Position numbers and translations under genes: made by a program | Source of the DNA: a virus | Lineage: Duplodnaviria; Caudoviricetes | IMG/VR virus record: IMGVR_UViG_3300033066_001295 | Location: 1-64,000 of that record | Direction: 5' to 3' (one strand) | Length of the DNA: 64,000 bases | Part shown: positions 63,772-64,000 of the stretch, one piece after another | Position numbering within the stretch: position 1 is the first letter of the stretch | Layout: every line of letters begins with the position of its first letter | Notes under the pieces: generated by a model | The model's input: only the letters and a program-made list of their open reading frames with translations | The model's database searches: none | Told to the model about the DNA's origin: nothing

Positions 63772-63799
63772 TTGACGAGTGACTGACTTTCGATATAGT
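63772..63799 (+). promoter_or_regulatory. early promoter
   Basis: TTGACG-16 nt (GACTGACTTTCGA)-TATAGT. Confidence 0.8.
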
Positions 63800-63828
63800 G
63801 AGAACTGTGAAAGTAATCTCTCGTTGAT

Positions 63829-64000
63829 ATGAAGCACATCATCAAGCACATCCATGACGCCTCCCACGTCGCAATCCGCCCCATCACCATCGTTGTGGAT
63901 CATTTCCACAACGCAAACATCGGAAAGATCGTCCACTCGAAGAAGGCATCTAAAGTCACCATCGGAATCGTCATCATGCTTGTTGGTTCAGGCATGGCTG
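63829..64000 (+). CDS. partial hypothetical membrane protein (3'-truncated)
   Basis: Open from ATG 63829 to the window end; hydrophobic VTIGIVIMLVG. Confidence 0.5.
   Translation, partial: MKHIIKHIHDASHVAIRPITIVVDHFHNANIGKIVHSKKASKVTIGIVIMLVGSGMA

Noticed and set aside
1-64000. Stop-codon reassignment; tRNA or rRNA genes
   Set aside because: Conserved genes are full length in code 11 and TAA, TAG and TGA all serve as stops; no cloverleaf or rRNA recognised by eye (tRNAscan not run).

Overview
This 64 kb window is part of a large (probably jumbo) myovirus genome using the standard genetic code. It carries T4-like morphogenesis genes: portal, prohead protease fused to scaffold, major capsid, sheath, two tube paralogues, baseplate wedge, hub/chaperone, PAAR and a fibre-like protein. 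These are interleaved with replication and accessory genes: a UDG-fused family A DNA polymerase, SbcC/gp46, a 5'-3' exonuclease, rIIA/rIIB, MoxR-vWA, NADAR, macrodomain, HD hydrolase, an Acb1-like 2H phosphoesterase, a kinase-vWA-PurA-like module and homing endonucleases. The standout locus is 29085-30574. A promoter drives a small stand-alone RAMP/Cas7-like gene, followed directly by a three-unit non-coding array and an accessory gene. Each unit is CCTTGGTCA, then a 5-nt-periodic run of a near-constant triplet (mostly AGY) alternating with variable dinucleotides, then a 3' GC-rich hairpin (perfect in units 2 and 3, degenerate in unit 1). This is a candidate RNA-guided system that reads a non-contiguous code (VIPR-like, AGY/NN variant), not a CRISPR array. 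Other signals are two promoter classes that both appear to give leaderless mRNAs, F-x-x-L-F-E capsid-targeting-like motifs, a probable programmed frameshift in the tail chaperone, and a GTAC-rich origin-like region. All family assignments come from motifs read by eye; no database searches were run.
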